DNA of 64,000 bases from Mobula hypostoma (taxonomy: Eukaryota). A model generated the notes under the pieces. It was not told where the DNA came from and did not search any database. It saw only the letters and a list, made by a program, of their open reading frames with translations. Made by a program: the position numbers and the translations under genes. The stretch lies in the NCBI RefSeq assembly GCF_963921235.1, contig NC_086108.1, forward strand, positions 52,702,001 through 52,766,000, in the 5' to 3' direction. Every line of letters begins with the position of its first letter. Position 1 is the first letter of the stretch. Of the stretch, positions 37,714 through 51,210 are shown piece by piece.

Positions 37714-39699
37714 AAAAGATCAAACTACCATGTGATCTGGTATTGAGCCTGACAAATGAGAATACACCATTCAAATTGTTGCTAACTCATCTCTTTTAAA
37801 GAGCAATAGAGTACCCCATTCAGATGCAGAGTCCCAATTGGTAACACCAATATTAAGTAGGGCATCGACTCTGGTTACTGTGGATAAGAAAAAAAATCAG
37901 CTTTAATTTAAATTGTTCATATATTATAATATGTTGCCTATATTATTCATATGTTTTTTTTCAAAATTCATTAACACCTATTCCTTTTGACAACATTTGG
38001 GGACTACATTATTAATATGAGATACTACAGGCATTATAATAGAACAGAATCCTAGAACGGATTAATACAATAGAAAATATTGGGAAAATATTACTTTGAA
38101 GTTAATGTTTTCTGTGGGAAGTGTAAAAGCATTTATTTTGCATTCAAAATTGTTAGTTTAGTCATTAGTATTCTTATAATTAATCTCTGTGGAAATTAGG
38201 AATACCTCTAAGCAGTCATAATCAAAAATGAAATATTGGTTAATTAACTAGTTTCATGTTGTTGTTTATAGTGAAATTACAATCTTATCCATTAAATTAA
38301 AAACATAACCAATTATTAACCCAAGTTTTAATTGCTGTGTTCAAGTTGCATTAGGGTAGTTCATTTTTATTTTTTTAATTGCTCTGAAGAACTTAAATTC
38401 TGTCCTTTTTCAAAAAATATCCAACTGTGTTACTCAAAGTTGCTGACATTTCTAATATGTGGGAAGATGTGCTACCACATTTTAATATCTGCTCCAATTA
38501 GACCTCAAATTGTAGGGACCCTGAGGACTGAATTGTGATTGGTGGGGGTGGGGGGGAGGGTGCCTTTCTTTGCCCAATTTCAGCAAATGTTAGTTGACTA
38601 CTTACTTGGTTTTCCTTTCTTACTCCCGGGGGTCTAATGAAAGCCGAGCAGACTAAAAATCTACCATGGGAAATTTTCTGATCTATATGGGTTAGTGTAC
38701 CAGATAGGTTTATTCATCCAATAAAGGTTATAACAGTATATTCATATATTCACCCAGACTGGGCTACCGAATTGTTTGGATTGTCTGATGTTCAGACCAA
38801 CTAAAGTGAGCCAAACTCCTTATGTAGATCCTGAAATGGCCCGAGGAGTGCCATTTCTTATCTCCTATTTTGGATAATTACCCTACATGATTACTCCCTG
38901 ATTTGTTGGCCACTTGTCCAGCCCTCAGTGATTAATCAGCATGTTACAGGTAAATATAACAAATGCATTACACCTCCCACATCTAGTCGACCTTCTACTA
39001 TTTTGAACACCTACTTGCTTTTGAGGATTACCTCTTAGTTTCGACACATGTGACAGCTAGTTCTTTTGTCCTAGATATCCCAGAAGAATAAATGGACATT
39101 GCTTCATCCTGAGGCTTTTTGATCTCTAGTTTATGTCCTATATTAATTTCAATCTTACTACATCTTCATCAATCCTCCATCCTCTGCTCCACAGACCTGA
39201 ATTATTAACTGAATTGAGATAGGGAAAGGGAAGATGGATATATTGGCTTCAATGGTGGTCATCCATCGTGTCCAACAATGGCAGGGAACCTGTGCAGGAG
39301 AGTTCTGAAAGTTGAAAAGCCATTGCACAGGAGCAGTTCCACTCTCTCGACCCCAGAAGCCTGGGTCCAGGCGTACGAACGAGCATCACAAATTGGGGTC
39401 TTCCTTGGTTGCGGTGGATAACCATAGTCATCAGTGTGCACACCTTGAACCTGGAAGCTTCAGTTGAGGTCAAGGAGGATTTCTGCTCTGGCTTTGTGAA
39501 AATCCTGTCTACATCCCAAAAAGAGGCGAACGGATTTCACAGGCTGAAGGGACAGGGTGGAAAGGAATGCAGCCCACTGAGAGGTATAAGAATATCTGAC
39601 AAAATGCTTAGACCATAGCCTTGTCATTACCCTGTTTCATCAGAAGGGTAAGCACAGGATTCAGATGCTACTGGATCAAAGCACTGGCACCTGTTACAT

Positions 39700-40600
39700 T
39701 ATGTTATCATCTGACCAAGTGACTGCTCACAGCCACCACACTCTGACAGGCGTTGCAGTAATCACCAAGTAATCCGCCCTATTACCAAAAGCAACCCTGC
39801 CTCCAAAAATCAGCATCCACCGAAGCTTTGCCACCATCCGGGTCTCATACCTGGTACAAAACTCATGGTCTACCAGGCATCAGTGAGCTGAAGAGCCAGT
39901 TTCCATGCTGTTGATTCCTGCTCTCCTATAAGATGACAACTGAATTCTTGAAGCACTGTAAGGTACCACCACTGTGGAGTCCACAAAATTATTTAAATTC
40001 ACTGGAAGGATAAGCGGATTAATGCCCAGGTAAACATCCCCAGCACTGAGGCTCTACTAACTCTCAATCAGCTGTATTGGGCAGACAATGTCACTGGGCA
40101 GCCATGCCTGACAACAAGCTTCTTAAATTGACATTCTATTCTGAATTCATTTGTGGATGAGATCATATAAACAGAGGAAACAATTCAAAGATAAACTCAA
40201 AGTTTCCCAAAGTAACTGCAACATTCCCACTGACTCCTGGGAACATTTGACCCGGGACTCCACAAAGTGGAGACGGAGTATTTGGAAAGATATTGAGGGG
40301 CTTAGGGCCATGCAGTAGAGCACATAGAAGCCCCATTTAAATCACACAAGGTGTGCATCACATACTATTCACCCCCGTCACATCCTACAGATGAATTCAG
40401 AATAGTGTCAATTTAAGGAGTCTGTTGTCGGGCATGCGTACCCAATGACATTGTCTGCCCTATTCACCTGCCAATTGTTTCAGCCACCTGCTGTCCCATC
40501 CAGGACAGAGTCTATGGTTCCCACTTTGGCTTCATCAGCCTCCTCAAAACCCATAGAACTGGAGTGAAAATAAGTAACTTAAATCTCATTGAACGACAGA
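39700..40600 (+). mobile_element. Old RTE/BovB-like LINE fragment
   Basis: Degenerate RTE C-terminal motifs (I.W.D, PS.EA, QL.WA..V..MPD..L.K..FYSE). Confidence 0.5.
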
Positions 40601-40682
40601 AGAAGTGGATATCATCTAGTTACACAAAGATTCAATATTGTTTAATGTCATTTCCTCTACACAAGTGCAAAGGAGAAAAAAA

Positions 40683-42171
40683 TCACAGACAAGAGTAAAA
40701 TCTGCAGATGCTGGAAATCCAAGCCATATACAAAATGCTGGAGGAACTCAGCATGCCAGACAGCATCTATGGAAAAGAGTATAGTCGACGTTTTGGGTTG
40801 AGACCTTTCATCAGGACTGGAGAAAAAAAGATGAGGAGTCAGAGTGAGAAGGTGGGGGAGGGGAGGAAGAAGGTGATGGGGGAACTGGGGGGGGGACGCA
40901 TGAAACTCAATTCCTTCATCTCCACCGCATCTGCTCTCAGGATAAGGCTTTGCATTCCAGAATGGAGATGGTCCTCCTTCTTCAAAGAAAGGGGCTTCCC
41001 TTCCTTCACCATCAACGCTGGCCTCAACCTCCATTTCACACAAATCTGCCTTCACTACATCCTCCTGCCACCCAACCAGGTATAGGGTATTCCTTGCCCT
41101 CACCTATTACTGCATCAGCACGTAATCCTCTGTAACCTCCGCCATCTCCAACGGGATCCCACCACCAAACACATTTTCACCTCCCCCCCCCCAGCCCCTA
41201 CACTTTCTGCTTTCTGCAGGGATCACTTGCTATGTGACTCCCTTGTCTATTCGTCCCTTCCCACTGATCTCCCTCCTGGTACTTATCCTTGCAAGTAAAA
41301 CAAGTGCTACACCTGCCCCTACACTTCCTCCCTTACTACCATTCAGGGCCTCAAACAGCCCTTCTAGGTGAGGTGATATTTCACCTGTGAGTCTCTTGGG
41401 GTCATCTATTGTATCCAGTGCCTCTGGTGTAGCTGTCTGCATATCGATGAGACCCAACATAAACTGGGAGACTGCTTCACTGATCATCTATGCTCCGTCA
41501 CCAGAAAGAGCGGGATATCCCTGTGGCCACCCATTCTAATTCCACTTCCTATTTCCATTCCAACATCTCAATCCATGGCTTCCTCTACTATTGTAATGAG
41601 GCCACACTCAGGTTGGAGGAGCAACACCTTATTTTCCATCTGGGTAGCCTCCAACCTGATGGCATGAACATTGAACTCTTGAACTTCTGATAATGACTCC
41701 CCCTCCCCTTCACCATTCCCCATTTTCATTCCCTCTCTCACCTTATTTCCTTACCTGCCCAGCACCTCCTTCTGGTTCTCCTTCCCACTTTTCTTTCTCC
41801 CATGGCCTCCTGTCCTCTCCTCTCAGAGTTCCCCTTCTCCAGCCCTGTATCTCTTTCCTCAATCAACTTCCCAGCTCTTTATTTCAACCCTCCCCCTCCC
41901 GGTTTCACCTATCAGCTTGTGTTTCTCCCTCCCCACCCCCCCACCTTCTTACTCTGACTCCTCACAAACAAGAAAAAATGTGCAGATGCTGGAAATCTGA
42001 GCATGCTGCCTGACCTGCTGAGCTCCTCCAGCGTTTGTGCGTGTTATTCAGGATCCCCATCTTTTTCTTCTCCAGTCCTCCTGAAGGGTCATGGCCCGAA
42101 ACATCGACTGTACTCTTTTCCATGGATGCTGCCTGGCCTGCTGAGTTTCTCCAGCATTTTCTGTGTGTTTC
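40683..42171 (+). mobile_element. Penelope-like element with inverted 5' pLTR (about 40683-40900) and a nested mini-PLE (about 41963-42045)
   Basis: GIY-YIG remnants and EATLRLEEQHLIFHLGSLQPDGMNI. Degenerate hammerheads lie at 40782-40819 (-) and about 42073-42110 (+). Flanking repeat aaggagaa(a/c)aaaa at 40670 and 42172. Inserted in a Rex-like tail. Confidence 0.85.
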
Positions 42172-42860
42172 AAGGAGAACAAAACAATAGTTTCTCCAGA
42201 TCTGATTCAGCACAAAAGATAAATAACACAATAATAATTGAAAAACACAATAAATACTGTATAAATACAAAAGATAGTTTTTATGCCCGGTTTGATTATG
42301 TCCATAAAGTGATGCTATGTAAAGTGGGTGTGAGTGGTGCAAGTACTCCTTAAGTTGATAACCATCTCCTTTGTCTTGTTGACATTAAGGAAGAGGTTAT
42401 TCGCCTGGCACAAGGCCCTAAGCTCTTCCACCTCCTCTCTGTAGGCCAACTCATCATTGTTGGTGATGAGCCTCACCACTGTCGTGTCATTAGTGAGCTT
42501 GACAATGTGACCACTTGGGTGTTTGTAAGTGCAGTCATACGTGAGCAAAGTGCACAGAAATGGGCTCAGCACACCGCCCTGGGGTGGTGGTGGGGGCACC
42601 TGTGTTGAGGGAGGAGCTGTCATGCATCCTATCCGAGCTCTGTTCATTCGGAAGTCCAACTCCCAATTGCATAATGGTGTATTTAGAGAATACACCATTT
42701 TCTAAATGGAGAAGGAGTTGGTTCAGCAAGTCGGTGGGGCAATAGTGTTGAATTCCGAACTGAAATCCAGAAACAGCATTCTGACATAAATGTCCTTGTT
42801 TTCTAGGTGTGTCAAGGCCAGGTGCATAACAGATTCTATGGCATCTGTCAAAGCAGTACA
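42172..42860 (-). mobile_element. Rex1/Babar-like fragment (its tail continues at about 40625-40682)
   Basis: Reads [50 protein letters not shown]. Confidence 0.8.
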
Positions 42861-43009
42861 GCCAAAAAGGTGACCCACCCCACTCCCTGAGAAGTAGCAT
42901 ATGCAAACATGAACAGAGATTGAATTTGAAGTACCCAGTCCTTCAATCCTGCTCTGCCAGTCAATAAGGTCCTTTGTAATCATATTCTACATTCTGTCTT
43001 ACCTGGAAA

Positions 43010-43320
43010 TAGAAACATAGACATAGAAACTATACAGCACAATACAGGCCCTTCGGCCCACAAAGCTGTGCCGACCATGTCCTTACCTGAGAAATTACCT
43101 AGGGTTACCCATAGCCCTCTATTTTTCTGAGCTCTGTATACCTATCATATCTGCCTACACTACTGTTGCTGGCAGCCCATTCCACACACTCACCATTCTT
43201 TGCATAAAAAACTTACCCCTGCTATCTCCTCTGTACCTACTTCCAAGCACCTTAAAACTATGCCCTCTCGTGCTATCCATTTCAGCCCTGGGAAAAAGCC
43301 TCTGACTATCCACACGATCT
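43010..43320 (-). mobile_element. CR1 3' end
   Basis: (atagaaac)n tail on the plus strand. Similar to 26920-27290. Confidence 0.8.
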
Positions 43321-43757
43321 TCCACCTTGTTTAAATCAAGAATATATGTGGCTCTGCCTTAAAAATACACAATGACCATAAGAGAGGAAAAAAATGACCA
43401 TTTTCTCTAACTAGAGGAAACATCCTCTCCACATCCATCCTGATAAGATTTTTCATGTTTTATGCTTCATTCATTCATCTTGGTTAATTCCTGTACAAAT
43501 AAGCCAACCATGTCTAATCTTTCCCCATTCCAGATATTGGTCTATTAAACTTCACTGAGCTATCTCCGAAATATTTACATCCTTCCTTAAATACAGAGAC
43601 TGACATGATACCAATAATATATTTATAATGTGCAATATTGGTACTTATTCTTATCTTGTCATCCAATTACATTCTGTTTTGTTTTTCATTCATCTTTTCT
43701 ATATGATAATGATTAATTTACAGTGTGTGTGATCTTTGTGGTCTTCTGTGGTATAAA

Positions 43758-46700
43758 AACACAAGAACTCGGAGCAGGAGTCAGCCATCTGGCCCCTCAA
43801 GCCTGCTCCACCATTCAATAAGATCATGGCTGATCTGGCCATGGACTTATCTCCACCTACCTGCCTTTTCCCCGTAACCCTTAATTCCCCTACTATGCAA
43901 AAATCTATCCAACCTTGTCTTAAAGATATTTACTGAGGTAGCCTCCACTGCTTCACTGAGCAGAGAATTCCACAGATTCATCACCCTCTGAGAAATGCAA
44001 TTCCTCCTCATCTCTGTCCTAAATGCACTTCCCCGAATCTTGGGCCTATGTCCCCTAGTTCTAGTCTCATCTACCAGTGGAAACAACTTTCCTGCCTCTA
44101 TCTTATTTATCCCTTTCATAATTTTATATGTTTCTATAAGATCTCCTCTCATTCTTCTGAATTCCAGCGAGTACAGTCCCAGGCGACTCAATCTTTCCTC
44201 ATAGTCTAACTTCATCATCTCTGAAATCAACCTGGTGAATCTCCTCTGCACCGCCTCCAAAGCCAGTATACCCTTCCTCAAGTAAGGAGACCAGAACTGC
44301 ATTCAGTACTCCAGATGGGGCCTTACCAGTCCCCCGCACAGTTGGAGCATAACCTCCCTGCTCTTAAATCCAGTCCCTCTAAAAATGAAAGCCAGCAGTC
44401 CATTTGCCTTCTTGATAGCATGCTACACCTGCAAACCAACTTTTTACAATTCATGCACAAGCACTCTCAAGTTCTTCTGCATAGCAGAATGCCACAATTT
44501 TTTACCATTTAAATATTAATCCGCTCTTTTGGTTTTCCTTCCAAATTGGATGACCTCGCATTTAACAACATTGTACTCCATCTGCCAGACCCTTGCCCAC
44601 TCATTTAACCTATCTGCGTTTGTATATCTTCAGACTCACCATATCTTCTGCACAATTTGCTTTTCCATTCAATTTAGTATCATCAGCAAAACTTAGATAC
44701 TCTCCACTTGATCTCTTCTTCCAGATCATTAATGTATATCGTAAATAGTTGTGGGCCCAGCACTGACTCCTGCAGCACACCACTCCCCACTGATTGCCAA
44801 CCAGAGTAACACCCATGTATCCCAAGTCTCTGCTTTCTATTAGTTAACCAATCCTCTATCCATGATAATACATCACTCCCAACTCTATGCATCCTTATCT
44901 TATGGATAAATCTTTTATGCGGCACCTTATCAAATGTCTTCTGGAAATCCAAGTAAATAACATCCATCTGTTCCCTTTTATCTACCGCGCTCGTTATATC
45001 CTCAAAGAACTTCAGTAGGTTTGTCAAACAGGACCTGCCTTTGCTGAATCCATGCAGCATCCGCTGATGGATCCGTTTCTTTCCAGGTACCTCACTATTT
45101 CTTCTTTAATGATAGCTTCAAGCATTTTCCCAACCACAGATGTTAAACTAACTGGCTGATAATTAACCGCCTTTTGCCTACATCCTTTTTTGAACAGTGG
45201 CATGGCATTCACTGTCTTCCAATCTGCCAGGTCCTGTCCAAAGTCCAGAGAATTTTGGTAAATTATCACCAAAGCCTCTACCATAACTTCTTCCATTTCT
45301 TTCAGTACCCTGGGATGTATTCAGTCAGGACCAGGGGACTTACCTATCTTCAGGCCCACAAGTTTGCTCAGCACTACTTCCTTAGTGATAGCTATTGTAT
45401 CGAGGTCCTCACCTCCTATCTCATCCATAACATTTCTCTTTGGCATGTTAGACATGTCCTCCACCATGAAGAGCGACACAAAATAGTCATTGAAAGCCTC
45501 TGCCATTTCCTCGCTACCCAATATTAATTCCCTCTTCTTGCCCTCCAAGGGACCTATGTTAACTTTAGCCACCCTTTTCCACTTTATATAATTATAAAAA
45601 CTTCTGTTATCTGTTTTTATACTTTGTGCTAGTTTATTTTCATAGTCTATCTTCTCTTTCTTTATTGCTCACTTAGTGGCTCTTTGTTGCTTTTTAAAGT
45701 TTTCCCAATCTTCTAGTTTCCCACTACTCTTGGCAACATTGTATGCACGAGCTTTTAGTTTGATGCCTTCTTTTAATTCCTTAGTTATTCAAGGCTGGCT
45801 CTTCTCACCCTTACTGTCCTCGCTTTTAAGTGGAATATATTTTAGTTGCGCACTATGAAAGATATCTTTGAAAGTCTTCCACTGTTCCTCAACTGTTCCA
45901 CCAATAGCCTGTGATCCCAGTCTACACTATCCAAATGCTCCCTCATCCCATTGTAGACTCCATTGTTTAGACATAATACACTGGTTTTAGATCGAACTAT
46001 TGCACCCTCCATTTGTATGAGAAGCTTAAGCATACAGTGATCACTCTTTCCAAGAGGATCCCTAACTACAAGATCACTAATTTTATCTGTCTCATTGCAC
46101 AGGACCAGATCTAAGATGGCATGTTCCCTTATAGGTTTTGTAACATGTTGTTCAAGAAATTCAACACAGATGCAGTCTATGAAATTCTCCTAAAGACTGC
46201 CTCAACCAACTTGACTCACCCAATCTATGTGCAAGTTAAAGTCCCCCATGATAACTGCTGTTCCATTCTTACATGCCTGAGATATTTCTCTGTTTATTGC
46301 CTGTGCAACTATAATATTATTCAGTGGCCGATAAGCAACTCTCACCAGTGATTTTTTTTCCCTTTACTATTCCTAATCTCTACCCAGTTTGATTCAACAT
46401 TTTGCTTCTGAGATCTTATATCATCTCTCACTATCGCTCTGATCTCATCTTGAATTAAGAGCGCTATCCCACCTCCCTTATCTTCCCACCTATCCTTCCA
46501 TGTTACCTGATATCCTTGGATATTTAATTCCCAATCTTCTCCACCCTGTAACCACGTCTCTGTAATGATCACTAAATCACACCCCTTTTACTGATTTGTG
46601 CCACAAGTTCACTGACTTTGTTTCAAATGCTATGGATATTCAAATAAAGTGCCCTTATACTCATTGTGCCTTTAAAATCTTGTAACCTTTTACTCTTATG

Positions 46701-47860
46701 CACTTGACTTTTCATCACTCCACTCTTACTTTTCTCTTTTTATCTTTTGCTTTTTCTTTATCTTTATCCACTTATCCTTCTTACATTATCCATATTTCTC
46801 CTATCTGTTGAACCCACCCCCTACTATTTAGTTTAAAGCCCTATCCACAGCCTTAGTTATGTGATTCGCTAGGATCCAGGTCCCATCATGGTTCGGGTGA
46901 AGCCTGTCTCATTGGTACAGCTCCCTCCTTCTCTAATACTGGCACCAATTTCCCATGAATTCAAACTCACTTCTCCCACACCAATCTTCGAGCCACACAT
47001 TTATTCTTCTTGACTCTATGTCAATTTGCACATGGCTCAGGTAGTAATCTAGAGATTACCACAGTTTGGTTCTGCTTTTTAATTTAGTCCCTAGCTGCTC
47101 AGATTCCCTCAGCAGAACCTCTTTCCTTGTTCTACCTATGTCATTGGTACCCACATAGACCATGACAATTGGATCTTTCCCCTTCCACTGCAAATTCCTT
47201 TGCAGGTCAGATAAGATGTCCCGAACCTGGCACTATGCAGGCAACAAAGCTTTCAGGATGCTCTATCCATGCAATAGAGAACTCTGTCTATTCCGCTAAC
47301 TATACTATCTCCAATTACCACAACATTTATCTTCTCTCCTTCCTCTTGAATGACTCTCTGAACTATGGTGCCAGAGTTAGGTTGCTCATCCTTCCTACAG
47401 CTCCCACTCTCATCCACAAGCTCGAGGGCTGAGGCTCCTCCAGCACTGTCTCTTGGATCCCACTACCCACCTCACCTGCAGTCACACTCTCTTGTCCCTG
47501 ACCACAGACCAAATTTGAGGCAGCTAATTTAATGGGTGTGACTACCTCCTGAAACAGAGAATCCAGGTAACTCTCCCCCTTCCTGATGTGCTGCAGTGTT
47601 TGAAGCTCAGATTCCGGGTCATCAACTTTGAGTCCGAGTTCCTCGAGCAGCCAACGCTTGCTGCAGATGTGGTCTCCAGGAACCACAATGGGGTCCAGCA
47701 GCTCCCACATCGTGTAGCTACAGCACAACACCTGATCCTGCATCATCCTTACTTAATTTGATTAGCCGTAATTTCATGCCCTTTTTTTCAACCACTACAA
47801 AAGCTTTACCTGCTACTTACCTGTGCCTCCTTGCCAAAGCCTCTTGAGCCCAAGCCTCAA
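43758..47860 (-). mobile_element. Near-full-length, pseudogenised CR1 LINE (ORF1 and ORF2 with deletions)
   Basis: ORF1 Zn-finger/coiled-coil (47363-47746), APE endonuclease (IITETWL..., 46342-46572), RT (KSPGPD, NYQPVSLTSVVGK, GFSKGRSCLTNL, YLDFQKTFDKVPH, FADD) and C-terminus (43847-44302). Confidence 0.92.
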
Positions 47861-48384
47861 TTTGTAAATTTGGTGCTGTAAATGTACAATCACTGTAAAG
47901 CTATGTAGTAATTGTTCCATTAATGAAATGCACAATATTGTTATTAGTTTTAGTGAAATATTTAATGTACTTACAACGAAGAAAATATATTCTGGACCTG
48001 TTACGTAATGTATGATCCACCTTACAATATGTGGGTTAATTATAACGTTAACTCTTTCTGAATACAGTACATGGTATATGATCTATTTTTACCTAGTTAA
48101 CTCTATACGAAACTAATCCCCGTTAAGTATATGATCCATTTGCAATTAATGAGTAAATATATCGCTAATCCCTGTGATCCAACGACAATTTGCACAAATT
48201 AAATCATATTACTAATCCCTGATGGATATGATACCTCCACAGTGTGTAATCTTTTATTTTTATTCGCAATCTGAGCAATTTATATAAAACTCTTTAATTT
48301 CAATATGGTAAATTGCTAACGATGGAATCTGTATGAAATTGCTAATCCCTTTTATGTCATCACTTGAACTGTAATCTATAGTTC

Positions 48385-48563
48385 TCAGCCGTGCGGTGTT
48401 TTGGGACGGACGCTCCGCTCCTTCAGCCGCCAGTAACGGCGCGGTCACGTGACAGGCCGCTGCGCGTGCTTTGCCCTTCCGCCAATCCCGGCGGCCGAGT
48501 CGGCGGCGCCATTGTAGGCGGGGAGCGTGCGCCCGGAAGCGACCGCAGCTGATTTTGGTACAG
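48385..48563 (+). promoter_or_regulatory. ATG4C: CpG-island promoter and inferred non-coding exon 1 of ATG4C
   Basis: Dense CpG, with GTCACGTGAC at 48444-48453, NRF1-like TGCGCGTGC at 48461, CCAAT at 48482, YY1-like CGCCATT at 48507, a GC box at 48517, ETS CCGGAAG at 48533, and a donor CAG|GTACAA at 48563/48564. It is the only CpG island upstream of the ATG4C coding exon. Confidence 0.75.
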
Positions 48564-50124
48564 GTACAAACTTCTAAATGAATAAACCGTAACGTAAATT
48601 GTGAAGCAAGGGGAATCGACGGGTGAGAGAGGGTGTGAAGCTGTTACACGAGAACCAGCAGATGTTGGGGATCTGGCACCAAACAAACTGCTGGCGGTCA
48701 GACATCTTCTGCCTCCACTGATGCTGCCTGACCTGCTGAGATGGTTTTTTCTGTTTAAGGGTTGTTCTTGTTGATGCAGGTATCTCCTGTAGTCCAAGTG
48801 CAGCAAGTATTTAGTTACGTCGTTTTGCTCACCCTGGCAACTGCATCGCTTCTGATGACATTTTCTATTTCTAAACGATCCGATTGATGCCTTTTGTTAA
48901 CCTCTGATTTTGAATTCAGTCGAATCCGGTTGTTCCTTCGATTTTTGCAACTCTTTAGAATGAAAAACTGTTTGAAAAGTAAACTGGGTGGCGAAAGGTC
49001 TTTTTTAAAACATTTCCAACTTACTGACAATTAAAAACCTTTTAATCGGCCGCTGTTATTTTACCGACAGAACCAACAAAAACGGTATAAGCTTAAGTTA
49101 TTGACAGGACCGGAAAAGAAGGGCACGACGTTAAGCTAGGTTTTTGTCATTGCTATTGTTTTAAAAGAATCATAATACCTCAGTGCAGAATGATTTTTTA
49201 TGCCAAAACGGAAGGTCTTCTGATTTCAAGTTTTTAAAAAATCGACATCATGTCACCAATTACCTTTTTAATTACGTCACTGTTTTAAAATGATTTTCCT
49301 AAGTTTTTTTTAATCAAATGTTGACAGTTGTGTCAATCCATTTGGTTTCTTGACATTCTATAATTTATCAATCTCCTTTGTGCACTTTTAATGGGTTAGA
49401 AGATAGCACAATTGGTTCCCTAGCTACCCTTATGATGATATTATGTAGATACCCAGGTGCGAACAGTGCCTGACATTCACAAAAAGGGGGAAGTATAAAT
49501 AATTTTCAGTTGTTGTAGTTTGAAAATATCGTTCCCACATTTCCTCAGCCCTAGCAGATATGGTGCAAAGGTAAAGAATTGTACAGGAAATGAGCATTCC
49601 CATAAAATAAATCTCTATTTCATTTCGCAATAATATTCAGGTTGTCAGCCTTGCTGTTGATGGCCAGATCATTTCACAATCATAATTGTTCTTGAATTGA
49701 ACACGGGATTTATGAACTAGAGCCTTAAGTCCAAATCCTAGTATCTTGGCTTTTCAATTTAACTATGGGTATGGTTATTAATTTAATTTTGGTTCTTTCG
49801 TATGTACAATATTACGAGTATTGGGGAGGGCTTGAACTTGTAAATCAGTCTAATGTTTCTGTGTCCCACCATGATGGCAAATATGGTCCTACAGTTCTGA
49901 TGAAAAAGCAATTTGATTTCTTATGTCTTTGGTCTGTAAATTGCAAAAGATCATATTCATGTAAATTGTGTAGATAAAATGAGTGTTCCTTGCAGTTGTG
50001 TCAGCTTTATAGTACATTCAGATAAAATTGGATTTACCCTTGTAAGTGTTCATTCAATTATTGCAGAGGAATTACAGCTAAGATTATAACAGCCTCTTGA
50101 TATTTTACTTACAAAGTTAATGTT

Positions 50125-50377
50125 TTTTTTGTGTGCCATACTCTGCCAGAGCCTTGGTGACCACTTTTTCAAGTGGTTGTCTTGGAGGAAAGATTCTGTG
50201 AGTGGTCCCCCACGTCCTCCTCACAGTGCAATTTTTTTTTTAAGAGGCCGAGTTGCGAGCTCGACACTCAACCCGGCATGAATGGAAAGCGTGTCCAGGA
50301 GCAGCCCAACTGGATTCGAGTTCTGGAACGAAGGTTCCAGAGTCCAGTGCTGATGTCACTGCGCCACCAGCCAGCCT
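50125..50377 (-). mobile_element. tRNA-derived SINE
   Basis: A-box tggtggcgcagtg, B-box-like aactcgaatcc, and an A tail. An 11-bp TSD aagttaatgtt lies at 50114-50124 and 50378-50388. Confidence 0.8.
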
Positions 50378-50502
50378 AAGTTAATGTTAGCTGTATTAAA
50401 AAAAACTGCATAAGCTTTTTTTTTAAGTTAATGTTACCTGCATTAAAAGAATCCTAAATTATAACATCAAAGACCAATTTTTACAAATCAGAGATATTAT
50501 GA

Positions 50503-50676
50503 AGTGTGTGTGTGTATGTGTATATATATATATGTATATATATATATGTGTGTGTGTATATATATGTGTGTGTGTGTATATATATGTGTGTGTGTGTATA
50601 TATGTGTGTGTGTGTGTGTATATATGTGTGTGTGTATATATGTGTGTGTATATATGTGTGTGTGTGTGTATATATA

Positions 50677-50711
<35 letters not shown>
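50503..50711. repeat. Compound (TG)n/(TA)m microsatellite
   Basis: About 208 bp of uninterrupted purine-pyrimidine alternation. Confidence 0.97.
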
Positions 50712-51210
50712 CAATCATAGGTAGCATCTGGGGACTGAGGATGTTGTATTTCTTCAAGGATGCTTTGAGTTGATCCTTGAGTCTTTTTAAGCTCTTTCTC
50801 CCATTGAAAGAACTCATAATGTCTGATGTTTGGCATGCAAATGACATGGTTTGGCCAAAGCAGTTGAGTATAACGAGAACCTCAGTCTTGGAGATTTTGG
50901 CCTGGGAGAGTAAACAGATTTCATTGTCCTTGTAATGACGAGAGGATTTTGCAGAAACAGCATTATTTTATTTTCCAGTGCCTTGAAAAGCTTGTAGTAA
51001 TCAGTGGATATTTCAGAATTATATAGAAAAAGAATAAGCATTTCACTGCCAGTCTGTAGGTTGCAGGTTCTAAGCTCAGTCCTGAGTTTACAATACAGTA
51101 TTCATAAACTCTTTTCTTCAATCAAACAAAGACTGTGCTGGCACATCAAAGATGCCCGTGTCTGCTTCATCTAGTGGTGTTTCCCAAGAAATGGGAAGTG
51201 TTCAATATTT

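Noticed and set aside
50481..50847. Cys/Val/Tyr- and His/Thr-rich ORFs
   Set aside because: They are translations of the TG/TA microsatellite.
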